Shown here piece after piece: positions 46,701-61,700 of a stretch of DNA of 64,000 bases. Location: assembly GCA_964252035.1 (NCBI GenBank), contig OZ176204.1. The stretch is one strand, 5' to 3'. Both the position numbers and the translations under genes were made by a program. The notes under the pieces are model-generated. The model had not been told where the DNA came from, did not search any database, and saw only the letters and a program-made list of their open reading frames with translations. This stretch comes from Podarcis erhardii (Eukaryota). Position 1 is the first letter of the stretch. Each line of letters starts with the position of its first letter.

Positions 46701-49700
46701 CGAGACGCAGAGGTGGCTAACTGGCTCTGCATTCGTGCAAGCCTGGGACTGGGCAACTGGGGGGGGGGGCGCTGGGCGTTATTTGTACCCCAGCGCCGCA
46801 TATGCTTAAGACAGCCCTGACTAAGCCCCACTGATGCCTAATAAATGGAGGAGCTAGCAAGAATGTGCAGACTAGCCATGTCCTCTAAAACAACAGTGCA
46901 TATGTGGCATTGGTCCATAGGAGGACATACGTTTTAAAAATGTTTTGCGACATCTTGTAGCTCAGTGATAAGAGTGAATGCATGTCCAAGGTCCTAGACT
47001 GAATTCCTTAGCATCTCCAATTAAGGGATCTCAAGTGGAATTTGTAGAACTACCGTGAATCAGAGTAGACAGTGCTGGGCTGGACAGACCATTGATTTGA
47101 CTCTGTAGAACAAGAGCTTCATATGTTCACATGTGATTAACTCACACCTTTCACTCCATGCATCCACAGCAGGTAGCTGTAACTGCAGCTTCAGGACAGG
47201 AAATGCCATGTTGCTTGAACATGCACATGTGAGAAACTGTTGGGTGTGAACTCCAATTACTATGTAGAAGGTATATTTGTAGAATAACAATTTCTAAACA
47301 AAGAAAAGGCTGCACTATTGCAAAACTGTAAAGAGTTACATTGAATGACTGAGAGCCGAAACTTGACTAAATTCCACATATTAATGTGAACTGATCAAAG
47401 AGATATTTGGCAGGTGACCTCTAGTTTCTGAGGACATTATAAGTGTAACCATAGCCTTTCAACTGGTTCTTGAAATGAGAATACACACACCTTTATCTAT
47501 CTGTTGAAACTACTTACCAGACACCACCTTTTTTGTTTGTTCAGACACCTTCTTTGGAATATCAGCCAGAACTTTTCTTGCCTGCCAGTGCCAGAACCCA
47601 GAATAAAGACATATGCAGATGGAAACAAAAGACAAACAACACAGAGATCTCAGAATCACATATGCTCTTATAGTGTTGAACAAAGGGCAAAGCAATGTGA
47701 ATCAAAAAGGCATTGCAATACGTGCTGATTCCAAAGAGGAGGTGGGCTAACAATACCTTCTGAGGATGGGATACAGGCATTGATGGTTTGAGAGATCGGG
47801 GGAGCCCTATGACCCAAGGCTGTGGTTTATGCTACTAGGCTCAGTCTGTGGCTCTGCTCCTACTGCACAGCCTCTCCTAGACAGGCCATCCCTGGCACAC
47901 TGCCACCTGGCATGGGCACTCAGAAAGTCTGCTCTGTGTGGCACACTCTGATTGCGGAGGAGAGAGAAAAGATGGACGGAGGGAAGGATGTTACCTTTGC
48001 AATGGTGTCCTGAGGGTTTGAGTCTGTCAGATTGGTCAACAGCTGGAGTGGGCGGCTGACATCTGGAACCTGTGGGAACAGATGAAGGGGCAGTTTATCT
48101 ATCTATAAGAAATTAAAGTGATGATGCATTGTGTTCTGGGAGGGATAGGAATCTTTGTGTTTCACTCAAATGTTTACACTGACACAGGTAAGAGCAACGT
48201 GGCGTCCACTGAGACGTTTGTATGTTTATGTGCTGGCAAGACCAGACAAACACATCCATGGGCATCTTGTAGACACGCTCCAACACTGTAGCCAGGCCTC
48301 AGCTGAGATTCCACCCTGACATCTATTGCACTACCTGGCACTGGCTTTAGGCTCTGTCTCAGTAGTGTCACTCAATTAGCTAAGCCCACTTATCCTGAAT
48401 GGTGCTTCTTCCCATGTTCTCTAAAAACCCACCATCCCTTTCCTAAGGTCTCTGCACTCCAACCCCATTTTACCGCACTGAGATTGGCCCCAGGCTCCAG
48501 GTTCCGTTTTGGGACATCCTTGCAAGGTGCACCGCAGTCTTTCAAAGTCTGGTTGATATCAGTGCTCAAGGCGGTCAGGTTTTGGTTCAGCTGTTCCTGA
48601 AGGTCCCGCAAGTGATTTGTTGACTCATTGACTGCCCGGAGCTCTTTTTCCACAGAGCTAGTCACTGCAATGGACAGAGAAAAAGAGTGAGGAGGAACTT
48701 TGCAATCTCCACCCCAGTGACAGATAGTTTTCAGCACAAGGGAATCAAGTGGTGCATAAGCTTTATGAAATAAAATAAAACTAAATAAATAAATTTGTGT
48801 ACCCCACCCATCTGAGTTCGTTGCCCCAGCCATTCTGGGTGGCTTCCAACAGAATAAATAAGAACACAAGAGAATACCACACACTGAAAGCTTCCTGGGC
48901 TGCCTTCAGATGTCTACGGAAGGTCAAATAATTATTTATCTTTTTGACATCTGACAGGATTGCGTTCCACAGGGCGGGTGCCACTACCGAGAAGGCCCTT
49001 TCTGCCTGGTTCCCTGTAACCTCACAGGGAGGGAACCACCAGAAGACCCTCAGAGCTGGACCTCAATGAACAAATCAAATGCAATTTATTTATTTTGTAA
49101 AATTTATATGGCACTTGAATGTAAAAAGAAAGAAACCTCAAATCGGTTAACAAAGATATAAAACAATGGAATTATCAGTAAAAATATATATTAAAATCAA
49201 CAATAAGCTAAAAAACAGAGTAAAACCCCTGTTCAACATTCGACATGTCTGGATAGGCTTGTCTAAACAAAAATGTTTTTTAGCAGGTGCCAAAAAGAGC
49301 ACAATGTAAGCGCTTGCCTGATGTCAATAGGCAAGGAGTTCTGAAGTGTGGGGGCTGCCCCACTACAAGATCAATTTCTTACAAATGCAGAACAAATACT
49401 ATACAGGACCTATAACATTGCCAGTTCCACAGATTGAAGCAGTCACATAAAGAGGGGTAAAAACATAAACAAAACAAAACAATGCTTTAAACAAACAAAT
49501 CAAATTCAAGACAATGAACTACAGCAATGAGCATTTTTCTCCCAAGAAGGGGCTGGCTATCCTTTGGCCCTCCAGAAGTTGCTGGACTACAGTTCCCATC
49601 AGCCCTGATCATTAGCCATGCTGGCTGTGGCTGATGGGGGTTGGAGTCCCAACAACATCTGGAGGGCCAAAAATTCCTGACCCATGCTCTAAACCTTCTT

Positions 49701-52700
49701 TGCCTCACCCTGTGCCACAGTTAAAGAGACACACTTTCTGGGCCTCCATCTCTACTACTAGATCCCACAACACACTCTTTATTAGACAGTAGGTCAGTAC
49801 CATTGAGAAGATATTCAGCGTCGTCCAGTGCTTCGTTTACTCGTCCACCTATTTGATTCTTGATCTTGTCTCCCAAAGTCTGCCCAATCTCTGCAGAGAA
49901 AACATCAGAACAAGAGGATCAACAAGAATGCTTCCCACTATTATGTCACATACCAAATGCCAGAAAAAAATGGTTTATGGACATTGAGAACTCCTTGAAT
50001 GATAAAGGGATAATGGGCAATGCTTTGGGTACAAACCAACGTTCTACAGTTTAAGTAGGAGCAGAACTCAGTGATGACTGCGTGGATGAAGCAGGCCACA
50101 AGGGTAAAGGAAGGAATTCTGCAGATGACCACTGAACTTCTGGGGCAGACTTCTAATTCTCGGGAAATGCTGGGTCTGTATGCAGCTGTCTTGTGTGGTG
50201 GAGCACTGAGCTTCAGGTGAACATCTTCTTAGTGAAGATCCTTCCAGTACTGGTCTGACTCTATCACCCTGGCTGGACACTGTATCTTCCTGAGCAGGAA
50301 GAAATATAAAAGGCTACCCATTTCAGCTGACCCTTGCTTGAGCAGCAAAGTCTTCCTGAGCACTGGTGTGTTCCCTGAATCCTTCATTCTTCTTTGTTCA
50401 TGCCAGCTAGTTTGTCCTCCATTTCTGACTCCCAAACTCTTGGTTTGTCCTCCAGTTGTGGCCTGCTCTTTGACCCTGACTCCTGGCTTGCTCCTTGACC
50501 ACACCTCCCCCAATGATACTGGGTAATTTCAGTTGATTTCCAAGCTTGAGGCCTGCTTTTTTTGCCTCCCTCCCTCAAGATTTAGACAACACAGATTGTG
50601 GCCAGTGGCAGAAACTCACCTTGCAGGCTCTGATTGGCTTGCTTCAGTGGCACCGAACTGGAGTCAATGATGTTATTAATCTCCTGTGAAGAACCAGGGA
50701 AGGGATGAAATACAGTATGCTCTGCAGGGGAGGGGGCAGCAAGCAGGATCAAGATCCTGAACATATTTATGGTCATGGATATGAATTTATAAGGACAACA
50801 GCATGATGTGCATTGCTTGAACACAGAGGACTCAGTAGTGCCCATTGTATTGAAGTGCATTGCTTCTGCATTGTCCCACTCCCCAGTTTTACACCAATCC
50901 AGTTGAAAAGGTTTCTTTGAACTCCTGAATCACTGCCATTTAGAATACATCTTTCCGCAATACTTAATGATGTTTGATTTTTTAAATATATATGTTTTTT
51001 ATGAAATAGCATTATATAAATAGCCTAAATAAATAAATATTGTGTAGAAAGTGTAGAAATATTGTATAGAAAATAAGCCCTAAAGACTACCATCCTGTGT
51101 ACACTTACTGGGAAATCAGTCCCCTTTGAGCACCAATTTTGACATAAACACACTTACGTTTGTCCTGCAAAAATATATGTGGAACTTCATGATGGATCAC
51201 AGCTTAAAAGTAAGTGTTCATGAGTGTCTTCCACCATAGAGGCAAATACTATTTGCAAAAAAATTGAGGAACCGAACATACAAAATTGACTACCATCTAA
51301 TTCTGCAGGTGAAGAGACACTGAAGCCACAGCCAACCCAACATTTTGTGGACTGGGAGCACAACTGCAGTTATTTTGCCTCCATGTATGGTGGGTGTTTC
51401 TATCCAGACCAGCTCCTACCAATCCCCATGGTTAAGCATGGGTTAAAAAGATATTTCAGGCACATGTAGGTTTTGCAAATGGTTTCCCAAAGAACAATTT
51501 AATTCACTATTCAGAAACAGCTCTAAGAAGTTAGCATGGCATGATATATTGGTCCCTGTGTTTCTTGTGGGAGCTGCCTTCAGTGGGAGGTACCATTAAA
51601 CCAATATACCTTGGTAAACAATGTAGCTCAGCACCATTTGATAATTCTGTGTTAACAGCAAAGCATGTTTGTGCCTTCCAGTACTATGAACAGTTTGTGC
51701 TGCTGTTTAAACGAGTATATTTTTATATCCTAATCAAAGAAGATATGGAAAACAGGTGCCTGAGAAGGCACTGAAGTCCAGAACTACCAAGATGACTCCT
51801 GTAGCCCTGTCATGATCCCAGAATTCACCTTGTACCTGTGCTTGGAAAGCCATGGACCTCTATTCCTGGCACAGGATTCTTCCTCAGGTATCATCTGATC
51901 CAGTTACCCTTCTAACTGATGGTGGTTAAGTAGTTTGCCATGGCCACTGAAGTGTTGAAAGTGCAGATTTAGGGCATGTCAGTGGGATAATGGCCGTTAA
52001 ACAGTGCAACGATGCTCATAAGAAGTAAATCATTGGAGGTTGGAGGTAGGGATACAGAGGTGCATTTCTGGGGAACAGGGCAAGGCATAGGGAGGCTGGT
52101 GGAGGAAACAAGCAGCAAGAGGAAGAACACCTCACTATGTAGGCAGGGCAGTAGAAGTGATCATACATGGAGGATAGGAGGACAATACAAAAGACACCTG
52201 CCTGCAGAAAGGAAACAGGGGAAGGTGCATAATATAGCTTATAGACTATATACCTTAGGGATAGAGTTCAGGAACATGAACAGGTTGTCCATCGTATTGT
52301 TCAAAGTGACGAAGCCTCCACTGATTCCCTGTGATATCTGACGGTTGCTGACATACGCACAAATATCCCCAGCCCTGCAGTGAAGGAAGCAGGTAGAGTT
52401 GAGAGGACAACTCTTCATACTGAAGTTGCTTCTCCTTTTCCTCAAAGAGGAAAAGCTAGTAATATCATGCAACCAGTCAAAAAACATAACAATGGGTACC
52501 AACAAAGTTGTGAATTATTTATGAAGTGTCTTGATTGACATTGTTCCATTTTGGGGGGAGCAAATGGGGGATACAGCGTGGGCAATGTGAGCAGGTCATA
52601 GAAACCTACTAGTACCCCCCAAAGGCAGCAGTAAAACTGCAGCATGTGACTTGCATGTCTGTGTGATTCGTCTCCAACTATTTACTCTTTAGCACCCACT

Positions 52701-55700
52701 CTGTGCTTGCAACACATTGTAAGCTTGAATGTATAGTTCAACGGGGGGTGCCTGGTGGATGCACTCCCCTTGCCCATTGGTCAGAGGTTAATCCAGGTCG
52801 TTTTTAGATCCATTCCAACTTTATGATACTGAAATAATTCAGCACTTCATAGGCACCCTGGGTTCCCTTGAGTCTGCAAGAACCTCCATAGAACTAGTGC
52901 AAGGACAAATGGTGCAGAAAGGGCTCTGGCAGTTGCTTGTGCCTGTGGTGGCATGCTCCAGAGTAAAAGCCAGCCATGCTCTGGTTCCCAGGCAGCCAGC
53001 CATGCCACAGAAGGCTCATGGGAGTCTCCCTTCACACATTTATGCTCGTGTGCCTCAAGGTGTTCTGGCAGAAAATTAGTGACTGGCTGCTCAGACTTGA
53101 ACCATATGCTGAATTGATAGGAACAGTGATGCTGGAGGTCAAGTCTGACTGGAAATGGTGTCATTCATCATTTCCCCTGGACTCCAAAGTAACTCTGTAG
53201 TTGTTCAGTGAGGAGATATACTTGCTTGAGCACTGGCAAGAATTAAGGCCTACTTTGATCATTCTGCACTGCTAAACGTCTCTAGTGGCTGATCCCTAAA
53301 GGTTTGGAAACTCAATCTCTGCTGCCAGAGCTACTAACCTCAACTTTTCATTTCACACAATAGAAGTAGCCTACGCGCACAGTGCAATTTCCTGTTGGGC
53401 CTCCCTGCAGGGACCATCCCATCCTCCCTCAGGCTCCAGGAAGCCATTCCTTTGCACAAGACCATCATAAAAGGCTGTGGCCAGACTTAAAAGTGATGCC
53501 AAGTAGACAAATAAATTGTCTCATTTAAACTAGACCTGCAGCCACTATGTGTACAACATCAGCACATAAGAGAAGTGCCTACAAACAGTGTACATGCAGG
53601 TGAGACAAGCCAGTTCATATCAGACAGCTAAGCAGGTGCATCTTGCTTGAAATTGGGTCCAAATGGCAGTAGCTGTATAGTTGGGGGCTGCTCCATCACC
53701 TGACCTCCCTTCCAGCTGAGTTACCAGGATGGAGGGTGGGAGGTAAGGTCAACATGTTGCAAGCATGCTGGCAGGAGCGCCAGATTGGCTCCACTGGTGC
53801 ATTTTCACAGCACCAACCTCATCCCTCAGCCACTCTGTCACAGCATGCTGTACTGACTCAGCCAGAGGGAAGTCAGATGAGCAGCACAGCCTCACCATGC
53901 TGTCCACTACTGCTGAACAGGCAACGTAGACAGACTGGAATAAACTCCTTGCTGAACTCGTCACAGCAATAACCCACTCCCGCCCTGTTCATTGATGCTC
54001 AGTATAGTACTCAACTCACACGAGAATGGTAGTGACAGCTAGCAGGAATGCAAATAACGTCCGCCTCTTGCAATTGGTGTTTTTTGTCTGCTTCTGGTAC
54101 ATGGAGCCGCCGCAGTGCCCACAGCAGCGGCAGCAGCAGAAGAACAAACCCACCAGGGGCACAAGGATGATGAAAAGAAGACCAATGGCAAGGCAAACGA
54201 GGAAGCCTGTTTGGTATACAAACATCTAGAGATGGGGAGGGGAGGAGAGAAGAAAACAAACAGACACAGTAGTCAGCTAGTATGATCATTCAAAGATGCT
54301 GACACCTGCCTGCCCCAAAATAAAAGGGTGAAGGGCTCAGCACAGGGTGGTCCCCAAGAGTCCACTGATGGTTCTTCTTCAAAAACAATCTGGATTTATT
54401 AGAATGTTTTCTTGGCCATGTCCTGGACATGAAGTTTGTTATTCGGGAGTCCACTTTGCTCATCTAGAGATAGTGACCTAGTAGCATGTACCAGGGCTTA
54501 CAGGCTTCTACCCCTGCTCCTGCATTCCTGGCAAGGATCAGGCTGCTCTTGTTAGTCAACAGGGTATATATGTGCTTGCACAGGGCATTGCGTTCTTGCA
54601 CACGGGCTTCAAAAGTTCCCACCCAGAGTCACACATAATCACAGGTCCGGTAATCCCTATGAACAATGTGGCTCTGGATGCTCAGACCTCAGAAGGCCTT
54701 CCCTCCTTAGCCTCCCAGGATAATGTAAACAGTGCATGCTAGCACCAAAAGTGTACTGGGAAGGCATGGCACTGTCTAGGCAAGCTTGGCCTAGTCTGAT
54801 CCTCCAAACCAGGGTTTTTTTTCTGGACTTCTTCCCTAGCACTCTCCTTCCAACGCCACAGCTGATCTTAATTTCACTCTCCTGAAAGAGGGGCCATCAT
54901 GCATCCCTGAGTCCCTATCAGAATCTTTACTTGGTTTATTAAGCTTGCAGAGAACAACTGAGAATGTTTTCATTTGTACTGCTTATATATTTATTTATTT
55001 AGACACTGACCACGTTTGACTTCTGGGTGAAGTGTCAACCTTTTGGTGTTTGCTGAGCCTACCACACCAAGATTTCCTTTTCATCCCTGTCCAGGTTCAC
55101 CAACTGCCACCCACTAGCCTCTGAGTTCCATGAACCAATACAAAAAAATAAATAAATCACCTCTTTATACACTGCTGGGTCTGTGAAATTAACCTGGCGC
55201 TGGATCAGGCGAGTCAGAAGATCTGAGGAGAAGAACAGAGGGGTCAGCAGTGCCTGGAGGGGGAAGAGGGAATATACCATCACCTACATTATTGGACATT
55301 TGTGCATCACTCAACACTGAGATCTCTTTGGAAATTCCTACCCGTAGCCTATGTTACCAGGATGAGACCCTATTTTCTCCAGCTGTCCTTCTCCAAAGCT
55401 CTCCTGCTATAACCCATTTGAATGACTCTATGCACATCACATATGGAATTTCTTTCTCTCTTTTTATTTTGTGCCACGGGCTATAGTGCTCAATAAACAT
55501 TATGCTGATAGAAAAGAAACTTTTTTCCGCTTTGCAGCCCAAGTTAAGCAATACCCCACTTTACCACTAAGGGGTGCCATACTGTATGGTTAGCAAACAT
55601 GTCCTCTGAGCTTCAACAGCTCTGAAGAGAAAATGCTGTGTCCTGGGAACTGCAGAAAACAGACCAGACCTTCAGGCTTGTGAAGGTTACTTGATTTTAA

Positions 55701-58700
55701 CTGGAACCCTGAGATCCATCACCCAGAGCCTAATGCAAAATACATGTACTTAGCATTAAATAATTCTGAGCCTATGATCCTTCCACACAAAAATTCACAC
55801 CAAGCTATCCCAAGCTTGTTTCATTTCAATAATATACCGTAATTTGGAGAAAAGGGATCGTTTTGCAATTGGCAGTCGGAAACCCTTGCTGATCTACTGC
55901 AAATCACTCAAAGATCTACCAGTAAAGCTAGATCTGCCTTCTGCCCACTCTGATCTAGCAGGTAAAAACATAAGCACCTAAAATGAGCCTCGCTAAATCA
56001 GGCCAATGGCCCACCTATGTATTCTTCTCCCACTACTGAGCAGCTGGTTCTAGCCTGTAAACATATGGAACTGAGAATATTAGTTTCTCCAGGTTTTAGG
56101 TAAAACTAGCAAGCTTGAAGGGACGTGGGTGGTGCTGTGGTCTAAACCAACTGTAGTGACTTTGGGTGGTATTCAACTGAATTTTACCTACTGAAATGAA
56201 CAAATGTGACTAAGGTTCATTCATTTCAACGGGTCTACCCTGAGTTAAACTTTGTCAAATGCCTCCCTTTGTTATTCAAGTTGGGAAGTTGGGTGATCAT
56301 CACCTAGCAGGTAAGACTCATCATTATACACAATCAGATTTAAAACCCAGGAAAAAGAAAAATGCACTGACAGTAAATTGAGATGTGATTCACAGAATTA
56401 CATAAACACAAATAAGCAGTGTTGAGCCTCGAAGGCTGGAGACGAAAGACTATGGGGCTATGACACCAGGATATGATCTAAATATTCCAGAGGAATATTC
56501 CAGTGTCCAGAGGAGGGCAACCAAAATGGTCAAAGGCCTGGAAACGATGCCTTATGAGGAACGGCTAAGGGAGCTGGGCATGTTTAGCCTGGAGAAGAGG
56601 AGGTTAAGGGGTGATATGATAGCCATGTTCAAATATATAGAAGGATGTCACATAGAGGAGGGAGAAAGGTTGTTTTCTGCTGCTCCAGAGAAGCGGACAC
56701 GGAGCAATGGATCCAAACTACAAAAAAGAAGATTCCACCTAAACATTAGGAAGAACTTCCTGACAGTAAGAGCTGTTCGACAGTGGAATTTGCTGCCAAG
56801 GAGTGTGGTGGAGTCTCCTTCTTTGGAGGTCTTTAAGCAGAGGCTTGACAACCATATGTCAGGAGTGCTCTGATGGTGTTTCCTGCTTGGCAGGGGGTTG
56901 GACTCAATGGCCCTTGTGGTCTCTTCCAACTCTATGATTCTATGATTCTATTAGTCTGCAGGGTAGCATTACTGAACAGGAAGTTCCTGCATTAACAAAA
57001 GTTGTGGGCGGCGGCGGGGGTGGGTGGGTGGAGATTAACAGCAGCACTTTTCCTGTGCAACTGAAACACAGCGACTAGTTCTGGTGCTTTCATTCTAAAG
57101 TTGCGAGGAGTTTTCAAGAAGAGCAAGATGTTAAAAAGCACTGGAAAGCACAGAAACATCAAAAAGCAAGTCAGAGTCCATTTTATGCTGAATATTTATC
57201 TAAATATAGCAAGAAGTATGCCAAGGCTCAGTCTGGCTGAGGACAAGCGGACTGACTGGAAACTGGAATCTCTGATGACAGTATGGAGTGGAATGGAGAC
57301 AGGAGAGGGGATGGAGAAAGAGTCTCTGCCACATGTCCAATACAAACCAATGTGTGCAGACCTCACACCAGAGAGGGTCAGGAAGCTTTTCTCTTCATTG
57401 GATAGAATGGCCTTGTAAATGTGTGCAAACCAGACCACAGAAAGTTAAATCGGAGCTAAGGCCTGCATGCACAGGACACACACACACACAATGCCCAGGG
57501 CTCCATTTTGGAGTGTGTAAAATAACAACAAAGCAAAGGGGTGCCTCCAGGGAGGAAAGCACGGTGAGCTTCAAAGACCTTACTCTCTGCCTCTTATAGC
57601 TGAGGATACTTTCCAAGACTGTTTAACATTTTATACTAATCGTTCAGCATTTGAGTGCATGAGGCATTGTCCATTAGCTGTCGCTGCAAAGAGGCAAGCA
57701 AACTGGACTCTACTAACCAGGTAGGATGCAGGCTACCAGTGATGGTCCAGTGCCCACAAGGATGACCTCAAGGGATAGGAACCCTTTTGGTTTCTTCCCT
57801 TAAGGGAAACGTTAGGGGAGCAAAGTATGCACCCCCATGAAAGTATCAGATAGATGATGAAAGGCCACTGAGAGAGAGGCAGGGAAGTGAAGATATCCCA
57901 GGGTGAAAAACGAGAAGAAAGTGAAGGTGGGATTAAGAGCTAGCTTTGTATACAGAAAAGTATGTGCGTTTGTACACTATTTCTGCACTTTAGATATCCA
58001 GCAGGTTTCCCCCTCCCATATTTATCAAGAGGCTATTGTTCTTAGATATGCGCTATGTTCTATAGTTGCACCTGAGATAAGTAGGCAATAACTCCATTGA
58101 GTTGTGATATTCACTGCTGGGAAGACATTGTGTATAATTTGACATTACTGCTTAGTATGTCTTGTTCATAAAGTATTATGTACTTTTATATATTCTCCAC
58201 TACAATTCATAATACGCAATAATTGGTATGTATATAAACTGGTTTTTTTATTGTATGGATATTTAGTAACATATTGACATATATTGCTTATTATGTTCTA
58301 TGCTGTAAATCACCCTGTGGTCATTTGATGAAGGGCAGTATATAAATTAATAAAGAAATGTAAAAATAAATAAACAGCTACTAAGAAAATTCAGCATGCA
58401 ACCCTTCTTGAGAAACTGGGGGGGTGGGGGTGGGCATGGCTCCCAGTACGGCTCTCTGCTAGGCTCGAACCCCAGTTCCTCTGACTCCAAGAAAGTACAG
58501 GCTGTAGCCATCTTAGAAAATATGACTGTGATTAAATCATCAGAACATCAATAAATGGCACAGTATTCTTAGCAGTATTGCAACAAAGGCAGCGATTTTT
58601 AGCCCTCATGCCAGAGAAGCTGGGAAATGCAACCACAAAAATAAAGAAACCACATCATAAAAGAACATAAAAGGTCAAAATGTGTAAACCCTGACTCATG

Positions 58701-61700
58701 ATATTTGAACGCCCAGAGTGGACAATGGCCCCACACAACTTGAGGACGTGGCTCTGAACCAAGCCTTTAAAAACTTTATAATGCTTGCTGTGGACCCATG
58801 TGGATTTCGGAAGAGAAGATTGCAACAAGAGGTGCTGTCATCCAGGACTCTGTGGCACAGTTCACACCTGTGAGCCGGGCTCCTGGTTTATTCCTCCCAA
58901 ACAAGCCATGAGTGGTAAGCCACAGAACAAGCCTTGGCTACAGCTCGTGGCTTTTCTGGATTGAGACAAACTGTGAGGTTCAGATGTAACCCTAAGCCAA
59001 ACTATAGCTTGAAGCAGCAAGGCAGGAAGAGCAAAGCAGCTGTGATTTTCTTTCCAGTAACCCGAATGTTTGCTCATCTGTGCCAAGCCACTGTTTGGTT
59101 TAGTGTGATGTATAATGGGCCATGGAGTCCTTGGTGACAGCACTTCTTGTTCCTCCCTCCCAAGACATCCACCTTCCCCTTCCAGTTCCTCCTTCCTGGT
59201 CCCATTTGCCATCTCTCTTGGCTCCATTCTTTCCCTTCCTCCTCCCCGCCCCCCAAACACACTTCTCTCTCCTGCATCTAGGAATCAGATCATTTGGGAA
59301 TTTTTTTTAAAGAGAAGTTAATGATTGACTGAAGCTGGAACAGCTTCCTTGCTGCAACCAGTTATATTGGTACCCAGGCATTCTATGAAGAGTGCCATTC
59401 CAGCCAAAGTGGGTGGAGTGCTGACATCAAATGAATATTCCTATCTGTTTCAGCTTCCCTTGATGACCTGTTAAATCCCATTGCCCTCCCAAGGCTTAGG
59501 ATAAAATAGCTCAATTCCTCACTCCCTCTGCCCCACATGTCTTACAAAGGACTTAAGGGTACAATTTTCCTGTGAAATCTATTCTCTGCCTAGTTTATCC
59601 AGCCACCAGGGGCTACATCTAATCTTGATGAAAGGTATATTTTAAAAAATCACTACTGAGGGCATCAGGGGTTGATGATGGAAGGACAGAAAAATATACT
59701 GGGGTGTCTATTTCTGGCTGGGTTCTGCAGTTTGGCAAAGTCCATGCTAATGGCTCTTCAGGTTGCAAACATGCTGCACAGTGAAGTACTGCCTAACCAG
59801 TCTTTGTATAACTATGTGAGACTGCCAACAAAAACATGGAGATCATTTAGACTGATCCAGTTGACATAACTGGACTGCCAGCAAACATCTGAGAGAGTCT
59901 CCCACCAAAAGCTCTTGAGTAAACTTAGCAGCCATGGGATAAGAGAACAGGTCTGCTTATGGAATGGCACATGATCAAACATTCAAAAGCAGAGAGAATA
60001 AACAAATGAGGGAAATAAGCCATGAAGGCCACCCTGAAGGACTTTCTATTGTGAGAAGCAATATTTAACTTGTTCACAAATTATCTGGAGGCAGGTATGA
60101 GATTTGCAAATGACCGCCAAAATATTCAGCACAGGAAAATCCTAAGGAGACTGTAAGGTACTCCAAAAGGATCCCTCAAAACTGTGAACAGACAGCAAAA
60201 TGACAGATATTTGGTTCTTATGTTGTGTAGCATATGTGATCTGGACAATAAAACCCAACATTTCACAGATAGACTGGTGGGTTCCTGAACTGGCCATAAT
60301 TAGCCAAATTTAGGGGCTGTGGCAGATAATTCATTGCAAATATAAACCCAGCAGGGAGCACCAACAATGGCAGCAAATGCCATGTTAAATGCCATGTTAG
60401 AACCTCGCTTGTCAGAGGCACGATCACAGAGTAGGGAACCTCAGGCCCAGGGACAAAATGTTGTCCTCCAAGCCTCTCTATCTCACAGTCAGAACTCTCC
60501 TCAGGCCACACCCCTCGTTGGCTCTCCTCTGCAGACCTAATGTTTTTGCCTGGCTGGAATGAGCCCCTGAACTCTGGTAACACCTCTTGCCTGCCTGGAT
60601 GGATGAAAGAGAGAGTGTGAGTGCGTGTTAGGAAAATAGCCTTATCTAGGAAAAGTAATATTTGCATTAATTGCTCTACCCACGTGTGCCTTTTTCCACA
60701 CCCATTACTGGCATGCAACCCTTGGAAGGTTGCCCGGAAGGGAATGTGGCCCCAGGACTGACAATGGTCCCTCCCCCCAACAATAAACCTCCGAATACCA
60801 TATATGGGGACCAACAACAAAGAGGAAGCTTTTGGCTTCATCCCTTACCTGAAGCATCCAAGATGGCCAGTCTTGGACCGTCAAACTAGACCTTCAAACT
60901 AATCCAGCATGGCTGTTCTTAGGCTGGACCTTGTTCATTCCCCCACCCCTTTACATTTCACATGCCCCAAAAATACATTATGAAAACCTGTATTCCTGTA
61001 CATACACCCAAACTTAAAACAGTATACATCTGCTTTTTTTTTTTTAAATTATTATTATGTGATCCATGAGTTGGAACTGGTCTTTGCTTTTCTGGAGAAT
61101 TTGTAGATGAAGTAAGACTCCAGCATTTCCCCGCAAAGGTGCCGTATCTTTGTGCTTTGTTCCTCTTGCCAGTCTTAATTTGTGAGTCATTTTTTCCCAT
61201 AAGGGCAGGGATCTTATTCACACCTAACCAATTTGATGGTTTGAACGTCAAAAGGGGCACCAATTCTCACTAGCTATTACTCAAAAAAAAAACCCACAAC
61301 CCATTAAATTGTGACTAGCTATATCATTGATTTTAGGAGTCTGTCTGTGTCTGGTCTTTAAAGGAGCAGGAGTCAGTAACTGTTGGGAAGGTCATGAAGT
61401 TAAGGTTGCTGACCACAAACAGAGCATGAGTCAGCATGCAACACACTGCTACAAAAAGAGGACCCAATAACGTTTTAAGTTGCATCACAAGAAGATAAGA
61501 AATCATAATCTCAGGGCCAGATAACACAGCCTACCTCAAGGCCAAACTAGATGAAGCAGAGGCTGCCACGCTTCTTTAATCATGTCTCCCTCCTATTCAT
61601 ATATAACACAGAGAATGAGGGACATTTTTAAATAACAAGGCCATGTTGGTGGTGTCAGGTGACCTGTGCTCTGACCTCAAAGAGCCTTTAGCTGTAGTTA

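Noticed and set aside
54855-54881. Possible PROM1-like 27-nt facultative exon after CCCCTCTTTCAG
   Set aside because: Following donor GTTGGA is poor; no supporting homology
60263-60841. 192-aa minus-strand ORF in a prominin intron
   Set aside because: No homology recognised; includes MITE-like remnant sequence at ~60700-60750
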